Origin: Silvanigrellaceae bacterium
GTDB lineage: Bacteria; Bdellovibrionota_B; Oligoflexia; Silvanigrellales; Silvanigrellaceae
Assembly (NCBI GenBank): GCA_049423385.1
Contig: JBMSQQ010000031.1
Span: 1-34,789 of the forward strand
DNA length: 34,789 nucleotides
Direction: 5' to 3'
Made by a program: the position numbers and the translations under genes. Below, piece by piece: positions 18,781 through 27,571 of this stretch. The notes under the pieces are model-generated. The model was not told the origin of the DNA and did not search any database. It worked only from the letters and a program-made list of their open reading frames with translations. How positions within the stretch are numbered: position 1 is the stretch's first letter; each line of letters begins with the position of its first letter.

Positions 18781-19956
18781 TCAAAGATGTTCCTTGGTGT
18801 TCCAGCTGTAATGGTAATTATCATCTTCAAATTCCATGGCAGCCTTGGTCATCTTCAAAGGCGCAAACGTATCGACCATGACCGCAAGTTCATTGGTCTC
18901 GCGCACACCCACGCTCATCTCATACTTTTCAGGATGAGGACCATGGGGAATTCCGCAAGGATGATAGCTCATACTGTATTGCTCAATCCCTTTTCGGCTC
19001 GTGAATTCGCCCTTCACGTAAAAGAGAATTTCATCACAATCAACGCTGCTGTGTGGATAAGGACAAGGAATGGCATTCTTGGCGTAATCGACAATCCGTG
19101 GAACAAAATTCATCATGTAAAAGCCACGTGCTGCAAAAACTGTATGAATCGTCGGTGGCAAATGAATTGAGCTTGTTTTGGGCTGATAAGCATGAACTGA
19201 AAAGGCAAACGGATAACACCAACCATCCCAACCGACAACGCGGTAAGGAAATTCGGTGTACTCGCGACGAGACATCTGATTCAATTTTTTCACGAAAAAT
19301 GGTGGATTTTCGTTCTCCGGCAGCTGCAGCAAGCGACTGGGCGACCGAAAATCACGATGAGTGAATGGCGCATCGAGTCTGAGTTGCCCCTGAGCCAAGC
19401 GAAACTCTCGCGGGATGCCAAAGTCTTTCGTACCTTCAACGATCATAAGGTACAAAGGTTTTGAAAATTGCAAGCGGGATGCCACTCCCTTTGGAACAAA
19501 CAGATAATCACCTTCCGAAAAATCAATCTCTCCAAAGATTGTCTGGAGCACGCCCGCACCCTCAGCGACAAAATACATTTCATCAGCATCGGCGTTGATG
19601 AAAAATCCGTTTTCAGGCTTGTCGGGTCGAGCGACACCAACGGAACAATCGCTGTTGAAAAAGAGCGTTTTTCTTGACTCAAGGAGAGTTCCCCCCTGTG
19701 CCAACTTTGGAGTTTTCACATGCCGGCGTTTGAGAAGATCAATTCCGTCTGCAGGATCATGTGGAAATCCCGGATTTTTGAAACTGACAGGTTCAACTTT
19801 CACTTCATGGGTCGGTGCTCGACGCTGATAGAGTATCGAGTAGACGTCACTGAAGCCATCGCGGGTAAAGACGTGCTCAGCAACCATCTTTCCCTCATAT
19901 TCAAAAACTGTATGAGGCTTGTCGGAAACGGCTCCCAGCCTTCTGTAATCGATCAT
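18781..19956 (-). CDS. hmgA: homogentisate 1,2-dioxygenase
   Basis: NADADE, VVGWDG, IHLPPTIH, FVPR, PYPHS.VDCDE and HPCGIPHGPHP iron-ligand region. Start at ATG 19956 (MIDY) with SD GGAG. Confidence 0.9.
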   Translation of the reverse strand: MIDYRRLGAVSDKPHTVFEYEGKMVAEHVFTRDGFSDVYSILYQRRAPTHEVKVEPVSFKNPGFPHDPADGIDLLKRRHVKTPKLAQGGTLLESRKTLFFNSDCSVGVARPDKPENGFFINADADEMYFVAEGAGVLQTIFGEIDFSEGDYLFVPKGVASRLQFSKPLYLMIVEGTKDFGIPREFRLAQGQLRLDAPFTHRDFRSPSRLLQLPENENPPFFVKKLNQMSRREYTEFPYRVVGWDGWCYPFAFSVHAYQPKTSSIHLPPTIHTVFAARGFYMMNFVPRIVDYAKNAIPCPYPHSSVDCDEILFYVKGEFTSRKGIEQYSMSYHPCGIPHGPHPEKYEMSVGVRETNELAVMVDTFAPLKMTKAAMEFEDDNYHYSWNTKEHL

Positions 19957-20044
19957 GTCTGCTCCCGCGTCTGTTGTTCCACACCCGTTCCAAGTGCGGT
20001 ATTGTCTCCACCCGGGTAGGAAAATCAACCCGGTTTGGCGATTA

Positions 20045-21109
20045 ATGCGGAGGGTCACGGACGCAGTGGATAAAACTCTTTTGATCATTGGTGACCCCTT
20101 GGATGGGCTCAATTATGCTGGCGATTCTTCACTGGCTTTGGCTCAGGGTGGGCTCGAGTCGGGCTTCCGAATTCATTGGGCACTGCCTGAGCACATCGCA
20201 CTCCTCAACGGTGAACCCATTGTTTCATTCCTCAAGGAAGTTCTTTCTGTTCCTGCGGGAATGCCGCCTGTTTGCGGTGATTCTCAAGAAAGTTTCCCAT
20301 TGAGACTGGATTCCTATGAAAAAATCCTGGTCAGAAAAGACCCACCATTCGATGACTCCTACACAGACCTGTGCTGGATTCTTTCGCAATGTGCGCCGAG
20401 AAAGGTGATCAATTCGCCCGAATCACTGCTGAAACTTCATGAGAAACTGGCACCCTGGCGGATGGCAAAAGATGGAATTGTGCCCGACCACATGCTGGTA
20501 CCCACATTGGTCTCTCGAGACCCCAATCACCTCTCCTCATTTGTGGATGAGCAGTTCTCGCTCGCAGAGTCGTTTCTGAACAGTCAAAGAAATCTGAGCG
20601 AATTCCACAATTTCAGGTTCCGTGTCTTGGCAAAACCCTGGCGGGGTCATGGCGGCCGAGGGGTTCATACATTTACCTCACGGTCGGAATTCGACGCCTG
20701 GACAAAGACAATTTCAGAAACACGAGGGACTCGTCCCGGACTCAACGACCTATGGATCGTTCAGCCATTGCTGCCCGAAATCCACACTCATGGCGACCGC
20801 AGGGTATTTATCGTCAATGGGAAAATTGCTTTCGATTTTGTCCGATGGCCAGCAGCCGGTCGCATTGAAGCGAACTTGGCTCAAGGTGGAACAGCAACCC
20901 TTGAGCCATTGCCCGAAGAGCTTCAGTCTGTATCCTTGACGATAGCGCGCATCTTGAAGAATCAGGGAGTCCTTCTCGCAGGCCTGGATTTCATCGGAAG
21001 CCGGTTGACCGAGGTCAATATCACCTCGCCCACTGGCATCAGAACATTTGAAAACCTGTCTGGTCGCAAGATTGCCACAAAGCTTTTGAGTGATTTGCTT
21101 AAAGACTAA
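20045..21109 (+). CDS. gshB: glutathione synthetase (ATP-grasp)
   Basis: DP..L....DSS, RKDPPFD, N.P..L...EKL, KP..G.GG.G, GDRR, ANLAQGG, GLDFIG and TEVNITSPTG. Start is ATG 20045 or GTG 20066. Confidence 0.9.
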   Translation: MRRVTDAVDKTLLIIGDPLDGLNYAGDSSLALAQGGLESGFRIHWALPEHIALLNGEPIVSFLKEVLSVPAGMPPVCGDSQESFPLRLDSYEKILVRKDPPFDDSYTDLCWILSQCAPRKVINSPESLLKLHEKLAPWRMAKDGIVPDHMLVPTLVSRDPNHLSSFVDEQFSLAESFLNSQRNLSEFHNFRFRVLAKPWRGHGGRGVHTFTSRSEFDAWTKTISETRGTRPGLNDLWIVQPLLPEIHTHGDRRVFIVNGKIAFDFVRWPAAGRIEANLAQGGTATLEPLPEELQSVSLTIARILKNQGVLLAGLDFIGSRLTEVNITSPTGIRTFENLSGRKIATKLLSDLLKD

Positions 21110-21131
21110 GCCATTGGAGACGGAAAAAGAC

Positions 21132-21845
21132 ATGTCCCGACACTTTTTTTGCTTTTTGCTGTTTCCTGCTCTCCTGCTAACTCAGGCATGCATCTCGACT
21201 CAACCCTACACTTGGCCTCAACCTGCACTGAAAGCCCACCTCTCCGCACTCCGCGAAGGGTGTAAACTTGGAGAAACAAGCGGATTCAGCGCAGACGTCT
21301 CATTTTCCAGCCAAGGTACTGCAAGAATCGAGGCTGCCTGGGACCGTTCAGGAAATCTCAATGGCCAGCTCGTCAATCCACTCGGTGAAGATCTTCTGAA
21401 TTTTCGGATTGAATCGAACGGCATATTGAACACCGATGTTGGGCTGCGGAACAGCCCGTCGTTGGCAATGGCCCTTGAGTTTCTTGCCGAGCTTGGCACA
21501 TTGAAGACGAGATACCTGTTGTGCTCTGGTCTTTACTTTGCCGCCATGGATCAACTTGCGCCAAAACTCGGAGATGAAGTTTCCAGGGTCGAAGAAACCC
21601 TCAAGACACAATCATCGATTTGGAAGTTTTCGTCCGAACTGGTGCCTGTTATCAAAGGAAAAATAGCCACCGTGGATGAAATCCAGATCGCAAGCACAGT
21701 CAAATTGGCCGATGCAATCTTCAATAAAAAAATTGTTTCAATTCTTTGGACTGGAAAAAAAACAGGAAGGAGAATGGCGCCACAATTCCTGACCATCATC
21801 TCGAATCAAAACGAAATCAAATTGTCGTTCCTCGACTTTGACTGA
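21132..21845 (+). CDS. hypothetical lipoprotein, possibly LolB/LolA-fold
   Basis: Signal peptide with lipobox LLLTQAC, beta-rich pattern and 'LVNPLG' motif. Confidence 0.55.
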   Translation: MSRHFFCFLLFPALLLTQACISTQPYTWPQPALKAHLSALREGCKLGETSGFSADVSFSSQGTARIEAAWDRSGNLNGQLVNPLGEDLLNFRIESNGILNTDVGLRNSPSLAMALEFLAELGTLKTRYLLCSGLYFAAMDQLAPKLGDEVSRVEETLKTQSSIWKFSSELVPVIKGKIATVDEIQIASTVKLADAIFNKKIVSILWTGKKTGRRMAPQFLTIISNQNEIKLSFLDFD

Positions 21846-22119
21846 CTCGCTTGCCAACTTCGTTGATAATATCCGTGTTTTTTGCATTTTCTTTCTCTTT
21901 TGCCTCTTCATTTTTCTTGCGTCTGGCTTCAAGTGTCGTCACCATTGAAGAAAACGTGGCAAATGCCGACTCAAAATCTTCATCTGAAAGGCCTTGAACC
22001 CGTGTCAGAAGTTGCTGGAGGATAAAGTTGCGTTTCTGCAAGCGGCCCATGCTCTCGAATCGGGCAGCCTGATCTTCCATGGCTCGTGCCAGCTCCATTT
22101 CGCTGACTTGGTTCTTCAT
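21817..22119 (-). CDS. small hypothetical coiled-coil protein (100 aa)
   Basis: Strong SD GGAGGTGG before ATG 22119. Charged helical sequence. Confidence 0.65.
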   Translation of the reverse strand: MKNQVSEMELARAMEDQAARFESMGRLQKRNFILQQLLTRVQGLSDEDFESAFATFSSMVTTLEARRKKNEEAKEKENAKNTDIINEVGKRVSQSRGTTI

Positions 22120-22273
22120 GCACCACCTCCCCGCACTTGCTCTGTTGCTGGAGAGATCGGAATCGAGGTGAGGTTTTTGAGCCTGCGCCACGCTGTTGAC
22201 GTGTGCAAAACATTGCAAACCTTATGATGCCGTTTGCGGTGCTGTACCATTCAAGGGGTGGAGGATGTAACGG

Positions 22274-23302
22274 ATGTTTCGAGCGCTCCTGGCACTTTTT
22301 GCACTGTTGATGATATCTGTTTGTGCCGCAGCCTACTGGGCAAATTACTGGTGGAATGTTGAAACCGTTTCGTTGAGCGCGCCAATCGATCTAGAAATCA
22401 AGGAAGGCGCCACAATACATGGTGTCTCAAACGACCTTTTCAAAAAAGGTTTGATCACGAAGGACCCAAAATTGTTTCACTGGGGGTGGAGAATCGTACT
22501 CCCGAAAGCAACCCTGAAGGCTGGTGATTACAAGTTTGAAGGCAAACTCACTCCAGCGAAAATCGCCCATATTCTTGCAAGCGGGCAGACAATCACAATT
22601 TCTTTCACCATTCCCGAAGGCTGGAATATGTATCAAATTGCGGAAAAACTGGAATCAGTCTTTCCGGCAAAACGCAAACCGGATTGGCTGAAGCTGATGA
22701 CCGACAAAAAGCTCAGTGATCAGCTGCCCGGAAAGCCAAGCACTGTCGAGGGATTCTTGTTTCCCGATACCTATACCTTCAATCCTAAGTCTGCTCCGAT
22801 TGATGTTCTCTCTACGATGATTCAAACGTTCAAAAAGAACTTTTCAGATGATCTCGTCGCAGCTGGAGAAAGACTTAATTTGAAGCCAATCGAAATCGTG
22901 ACCCTGGCGTCGATCATTGAGAAAGAAACTGGAAAAGAAGAGGAGCGCCCACATATTTCGTCCGTTTTTCACAACCGGATGAGAATTGGCATGCGCCTTC
23001 AAACAGATCCAACGGTGATCTATGGGATTTGGGAGCGCTACGACGGAAATATCCGTCGTGATGACCTTAAGACACCAACTCCCTACAACACCTACGTCAT
23101 ACCTGGACTGCCACCTGGTCCCATCGCAAGTCCAGGAAGAGCTGCTTTGAAAGCTGCTGTAGAACCGATCAAAACCGACGACCTCTATTTTGTGAGTCGG
23201 GGAGACGGCAGCCACATTTTCTCAAAAAATCTTCGTGATCACCAAAAAGGTGTATATCAATACCAGATTCAGCCGGCACGGAATCGATCTGTCCGCAATT
23301 GA
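22274..23302 (+). CDS. mltG: endolytic transglycosylase MltG
   Basis: N-terminal TM, TIPEG, EGFLFPDTY, LASIIEKE, VFHNR, LQTDPTVIYG, PYNTY..GLPPGPI and LYFV. SD GGAGG. Confidence 0.96.
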   Translation: MFRALLALFALLMISVCAAAYWANYWWNVETVSLSAPIDLEIKEGATIHGVSNDLFKKGLITKDPKLFHWGWRIVLPKATLKAGDYKFEGKLTPAKIAHILASGQTITISFTIPEGWNMYQIAEKLESVFPAKRKPDWLKLMTDKKLSDQLPGKPSTVEGFLFPDTYTFNPKSAPIDVLSTMIQTFKKNFSDDLVAAGERLNLKPIEIVTLASIIEKETGKEEERPHISSVFHNRMRIGMRLQTDPTVIYGIWERYDGNIRRDDLKTPTPYNTYVIPGLPPGPIASPGRAALKAAVEPIKTDDLYFVSRGDGSHIFSKNLRDHQKGVYQYQIQPARNRSVRN

Positions 23303-23305
23303 AAA

Positions 23306-24568
23306 TTGGAGCCCCCATTGGAATCAAAGTCAAACTGGTGGAGCCGTGAACAACCTGCGGATGTGTTGTCGGGCCCGTCTTTTATTCGCCATTGGACAAC
23401 CCAATCTTTTGGCAGCCACACACCCACCACGCAACAACTTCAGTCCATGACCGATTTGACTTCGCAGCTTTGGAACAAATTCAATACCGATCGTGCAAAT
23501 CTCGATCGTGATTATATGTCGGATGAAAAGTCCTTGTCGGCATACATGGCGTCCTTTTTGCTGCCAAACATCGAACGCGTTCGGGCTGTCTTGTCCCATT
23601 CCAGAATGGTGAAAAAAGTTACGCAGCTTGCAGAAATTGAAACAATTGATGTGCTTGATTTTGGCTCCGGGCCTCTGAGCGCCACGATAGGCCTTCTTCT
23701 CGCAATGAATGATGTCAACAAGTCCACGGGTAAAGTGAATTGCAGCACAAAAAAAATAAGACTTACAGCTGTTGAACGCTCAGAAAAGGCAGTCAGGCGA
23801 GCACAAATCCTTCTTGAGCAGAGCCTTCACCCGAGTGTTGGAATTGAAGTTGAACGCGTCACGGCGATCCCGATGAATCGTTCTTTTCACGTCATTGTTG
23901 CAGCCAATGTTCTCAATGAAATTCCGGAAAAACACAGATTCAAAGTGATCAATTCCCTTTTGGGGAGCATGAACACCGAGACAGCAGCCATGACCGTGAT
24001 TATTGAACCGGGGCAAGATGAACATTCAAAAAAACTTGCATCGCTGCGTGACTCCATTTTTTCAAGCGACCTCTCCAGGCAAATTGACTTGATTGCACCA
24101 TGCCCGCACAAGAACGCCTGCCCATTGGGCCCGAAATCCCAACGTCGCGATTGGTGTTGGTTTAAAACCGAATTCGATCGCCCCTCGATTCTGATCGAGC
24201 TTGATCGTCGAACAAAACTGGATCACTCGCAACTTGCTTTTTCATGGTTGGCATTGGGTCGGGAGAACAGTGTTTCCGGACAGGAATCAGTAGCTGTTTG
24301 TGTCAGCGACGAGATGCCGGTGGGGCATATCAACGACGCTGACAGGCGGATGGAATATTTTAAGAACAATATCCTCTCTTCACAGAACAAGGACTCTTCC
24401 GTTGTGTTGGAGAAAATTGCACGCTCAGGACACAAGACGATGCTTTGTATGCCCACAGGACAGCTCGCAGGTGGCTTGCGGCTTCGCTCCGAATCCGACG
24501 AGAAAATTCAAAGAGGCAACGAACTGAATCCTTCATCAGCCTTTTCAATTGTCATCGCCGAACGCTGA
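23306..24568 (+). CDS. Rsm22/METTL17-family SAM-dependent methyltransferase-like protein
   Basis: AY..SFL, VLDFGSGP, NVLNE, IIEPG and APCPH...CPL...WCWF Cys motif. Confidence 0.8.
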   Translation: MEPPLESKSNWWSREQPADVLSGPSFIRHWTTQSFGSHTPTTQQLQSMTDLTSQLWNKFNTDRANLDRDYMSDEKSLSAYMASFLLPNIERVRAVLSHSRMVKKVTQLAEIETIDVLDFGSGPLSATIGLLLAMNDVNKSTGKVNCSTKKIRLTAVERSEKAVRRAQILLEQSLHPSVGIEVERVTAIPMNRSFHVIVAANVLNEIPEKHRFKVINSLLGSMNTETAAMTVIIEPGQDEHSKKLASLRDSIFSSDLSRQIDLIAPCPHKNACPLGPKSQRRDWCWFKTEFDRPSILIELDRRTKLDHSQLAFSWLALGRENSVSGQESVAVCVSDEMPVGHINDADRRMEYFKNNILSSQNKDSSVVLEKIARSGHKTMLCMPTGQLAGGLRLRSESDEKIQRGNELNPSSAFSIVIAER

Positions 24569-24584
24569 TGACAATTGAAAAGGC

Positions 24585-25190
24585 TCAATGGGCCTGATTG
24601 CGGAGCTTGCGTGCATAATCCCAAATATATTCGCCCGCACTCCAAAGACTGACGACAAGTGCCAGCCACATCGACACCAGTCCCCAAAATGAAAACGAAA
24701 AGAAGCCCCACTGCGAAGACAAGGTAATTCCAACGATGCCAACGTCGAGGAAAAAAGTCTTGGTTTTTCCCAACCAGCTGGAGGAAATCACGATTCCATC
24801 TTCATGGGCGGCCAAACGGAGAGCATTGATGCCGAGGTCTCGAACAATCAGAATCACGGCAATCCAGCCCGCCAATCGATGCTTTTCAACAAGAATAATA
24901 AGTGCGGACACGACCAATAATTTATCTGCAAGCGGATCCAGCAACTTTCCAAAGAGACTCTCTACGCCATATTTTCGAGCAATCCAGCCGTCAAAAAAGT
25001 CTGTTATGGCGGCCAGCGCAAACAGAATGGCCGCAGCCAAATCTGTCGAAGACAAAGGAATCACTTGACCGAAAGCCGAAAGCTCTTCCCCTTGATTCAT
25101 CAATGCGACGACGCCTGGAATACAGGCAATACGCAGCACGGTCAGTTGATTTGGCAGCCGGCGTAGCCACGGGGAAACGTTCTGATTCAT
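24585..25190 (-). CDS. pgsA: CDP-diacylglycerol--glycerol-3-phosphate 3-phosphatidyltransferase
   Basis: LPNQLTVLR and the CDP-alcohol phosphotransferase motif TDFFDGWIAR...S.FGKLLDPLADK, plus GK.KT. Confidence 0.93.
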   Translation of the reverse strand: MNQNVSPWLRRLPNQLTVLRIACIPGVVALMNQGEELSAFGQVIPLSSTDLAAAILFALAAITDFFDGWIARKYGVESLFGKLLDPLADKLLVVSALIILVEKHRLAGWIAVILIVRDLGINALRLAAHEDGIVISSSWLGKTKTFFLDVGIVGITLSSQWGFFSFSFWGLVSMWLALVVSLWSAGEYIWDYARKLRNQAH

Positions 25191-25348
25191 GCACATTGAC
25201 CTTTCGCACGACGATTGAGGCGCGCGTACACCATCACACCCGGGGTTGCCATTAACACGAACGACCTGCAAGGGAAAACAATTCAGCCGGTTTAACCTTC
25301 CCCATTTCGGCCAGGCTACTTAATAAAGGGCAAAAGCCCTGCATTTCC

Positions 25349-25377
25349 TTGACGCACCAGTCGCACACGTTTAGTTA
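25349..25377 (+). promoter_or_regulatory. candidate sigma70 promoter for ahpC
   Basis: TTGACG-N17-TAGTTA, about 55 nt upstream of the GTG start. Confidence 0.4.
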
Positions 25378-25431
25378 CTGCACGTTCTCTTCAAAAATCA
25401 AAGTCATATAAAGACTGCAAGGAGGTAACCC

Positions 25432-26016
25432 GTGAGCGTTCTTGTTGGCCGTCAGGCTCCGAATTTCAAGGCTGATGCTGTTGTCAATGGCGACTTCAAA
25501 GAAATCCAACTTTCCGACTATCGTGGCAAGAAAAATGTTGTGTTGTTTTTCTACCCACTGGACTTTACATTCGTGTGCCCAACCGAGCTTCATGCCTTCC
25601 AGGAAAAACTCGCAGAATTTCAGAAGCGCGATGTTGAAGTTCTCGGCTGCTCTATTGACAGCAAATTTTCCCACTTTGCATGGCTCAATACTGCAAAGGA
25701 CCAAGGCGGTATTTCTGGAGTCAAGTATCCACTGATTTCTGACATCCACAGAACCATCGCTCGCGATTATGACGTCCTGAGCGACGGTGGTGTCGCTTTC
25801 CGCGGACTCTTCCTCATCGACAAAAACGGCGTCGTTCGTCACCAGCTCGTGAACGATTTGCCATTGGGCCGCAACGTCGACGAAGCTTTGCGCTTGGTGG
25901 ACGCCCTGGCACACGTCGAAAAACACGGTGAAGTCTGTCCAGCAAACTGGAACACCGGCAAAGACGCCATGAAAGCAACGAAAGAAGGCGTTTCAAGTTA
26001 TCTCGCTAAACACTGA
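25432..26016 (+). CDS. ahpC: typical 2-Cys peroxiredoxin (AhpC/Prx1)
   Basis: [19 protein letters not shown] and [18 protein letters not shown] before GTG. Confidence 0.96.
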   Translation: MSVLVGRQAPNFKADAVVNGDFKEIQLSDYRGKKNVVLFFYPLDFTFVCPTELHAFQEKLAEFQKRDVEVLGCSIDSKFSHFAWLNTAKDQGGISGVKYPLISDIHRTIARDYDVLSDGGVAFRGLFLIDKNGVVRHQLVNDLPLGRNVDEALRLVDALAHVEKHGEVCPANWNTGKDAMKATKEGVSSYLAKH

Positions 26017-26037
26017 GTAACTTGTCGCACACGAGAG

Positions 26038-26071
26038 ACGCGGAGTTGATTCACTTCAACTCCGCGTTTTT
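26038..26071 (+). terminator. Rho-independent terminator after ahpC
   Basis: Perfect 12-bp stem ACGCGGAGTTGA / TCAACTCCGCGT with a 6-nt loop, followed by a T-run. Confidence 0.85.
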
Positions 26072-26115
26072 GCGTCAAACACACGTCTTTTAATCCAGCC
26101 GAAATGATCCAAAAA

Positions 26116-26124
26116 TGCTATCCT
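26116..26124 (+). promoter_or_regulatory. candidate extended -10 promoter for the OmpA-family pair
   Basis: TGcTATCCT (TGn-TAnnnT) about 80 nt upstream of the ORF. Confidence 0.35.
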
Positions 26125-26203
26125 TCTGATTGAACGTGTTTTTTTCCAAGGGACCAAAGCGTCGCCCGGACGACAACGTTGATTCTCTTATATTTGCTTT
26201 AAC

Positions 26204-27571
26204 ATGGTGCAAGTGTTTATGAGAAAACCTGAAATGTTGAAAATGCTGCTTACCACTGGGTTTCTTTTTGCCGCAAATTTGGCTCAGGCACAGGAGGAAA
26301 TTCCCTCACCCACGGGCACACCTGAAAAGGACAGCAAAAGTCCCGTCACCGTTGGTTCTGAGGAAAACGTGGACGAGGGAAAGGCCTCCAAAACTGTCCA
26401 ACGAAACAAAATCGCTGGCACAGGAATCATCTTTACGGCCCCAGCTGTTGATTTTGGCTACCTTGGCACCACGCCAAGCTCTTCGAACATCTTCAGCAAA
26501 CTGGAAGCACCGTCATCCGGGTGGCTGGTCGAACCAAAAATTGGCTTCGGGATATTCAGCGAAAAAATTTCCTTGGACGTTCTCGCAGGAATTCAATTGG
26601 CAAACCTTTCCGGGAAGCGACTTGGAACAGTGCCGACCAATCGGCTTGCGAATGAGTCCCCGGACGCAGACTACAACAAACTGGATCCCGCCCAGCCCTA
26701 CACAAATCAGAAGACAGCAACAATTGTTGAGGGTGATGGAAGAATTCGTTTTTCGGGTGGTTCGATGCAAGCAGGTCTGGCTGCTTCTGCCATTTTCGCC
26801 ACCGCAGATCAAAAGATTTATTCATCAATTGCGGAGATTGGCGCACCTTATATCGTGATGGTCGGACCGCAATTTGTTTATGAACAAAGAATTCTCGGAA
26901 ATATTTTCAGAGTGGGTGGCTCAGCCCAGTTTTCGGCGACCGGAAACCAAAGAAGCGCGATGAACTTCAGGATTGGGGCATCATACTCATTCCTGCTGAA
27001 TTCTCCTTACTTGAAGGTCACTGAAAAGAAAGTTGTCAAATCGAAGACAACGATCCAAAAATCGATCGTGACTACACGGGAACAGAATGTGATCCAAAAT
27101 GAAAATGTGACTTTCATTTTCGATTCGCAGACAATCAACTTCAAATTCAACAAATCTGAGCTATCCGAAAAATCGAATGCCTTTGTGTCGGGTCTGGGTC
27201 AGATTTTTGCTGCGCAGCGCTCCGACTGGGAGAAACTGACAGTTGAAGGCCACACAGACTCGAAAGGCAATCCGGAATACAACAAGCGGCTATCCCAGGC
27301 CCGTGCTGAAACGGTCAAGAAAGTATTGATTGAAAACGGCCTGAGCTCAGGTGATATTGACGCCATCGGTTACGGAAAAGAACGTTTGTTGATCGACCCC
27401 GAAAAAACCGAAATCGACTTTGCCAAAAACCGTCGGGTGGAGATTAAGGTCAAGGGCCTCAAGGATAGCCGAATTCTTCAACGTTCGATTACCAGATTGC
27501 AATCTGAAATTTTCCCGTCTTCGCAAACGCCACAAAATCAGGATGGCGCAGGTCAGGGAGAGCCCCAATGA
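26204..27571 (+). CDS. OmpA-family outer-membrane protein (beta-barrel plus OmpA-like peptidoglycan-binding domain)
   Basis: Signal peptide (..AQA-Q), amphipathic beta strands, and C-terminal INFKFNKSEL, VEGHTDSKG..YN..LS..RA, GYG and NRRVEI. The true start may be a later ATG. Confidence 0.9.
   Translation: MVQVFMRKPEMLKMLLTTGFLFAANLAQAQEEIPSPTGTPEKDSKSPVTVGSEENVDEGKASKTVQRNKIAGTGIIFTAPAVDFGYLGTTPSSSNIFSKLEAPSSGWLVEPKIGFGIFSEKISLDVLAGIQLANLSGKRLGTVPTNRLANESPDADYNKLDPAQPYTNQKTATIVEGDGRIRFSGGSMQAGLAASAIFATADQKIYSSIAEIGAPYIVMVGPQFVYEQRILGNIFRVGGSAQFSATGNQRSAMNFRIGASYSFLLNSPYLKVTEKKVVKSKTTIQKSIVTTREQNVIQNENVTFIFDSQTINFKFNKSELSEKSNAFVSGLGQIFAAQRSDWEKLTVEGHTDSKGNPEYNKRLSQARAETVKKVLIENGLSSGDIDAIGYGKERLLIDPEKTEIDFAKNRRVEIKVKGLKDSRILQRSITRLQSEIFPSSQTPQNQDGAGQGEPQ

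Noticed and set aside
19052..19060. Perfect DnaA box (TGTGGATAA), plus a near match at ~20065
   Set aside because: Isolated, inside coding sequence, with no cluster, AT-rich unwinding element or dnaA nearby, so not evidence of oriC.
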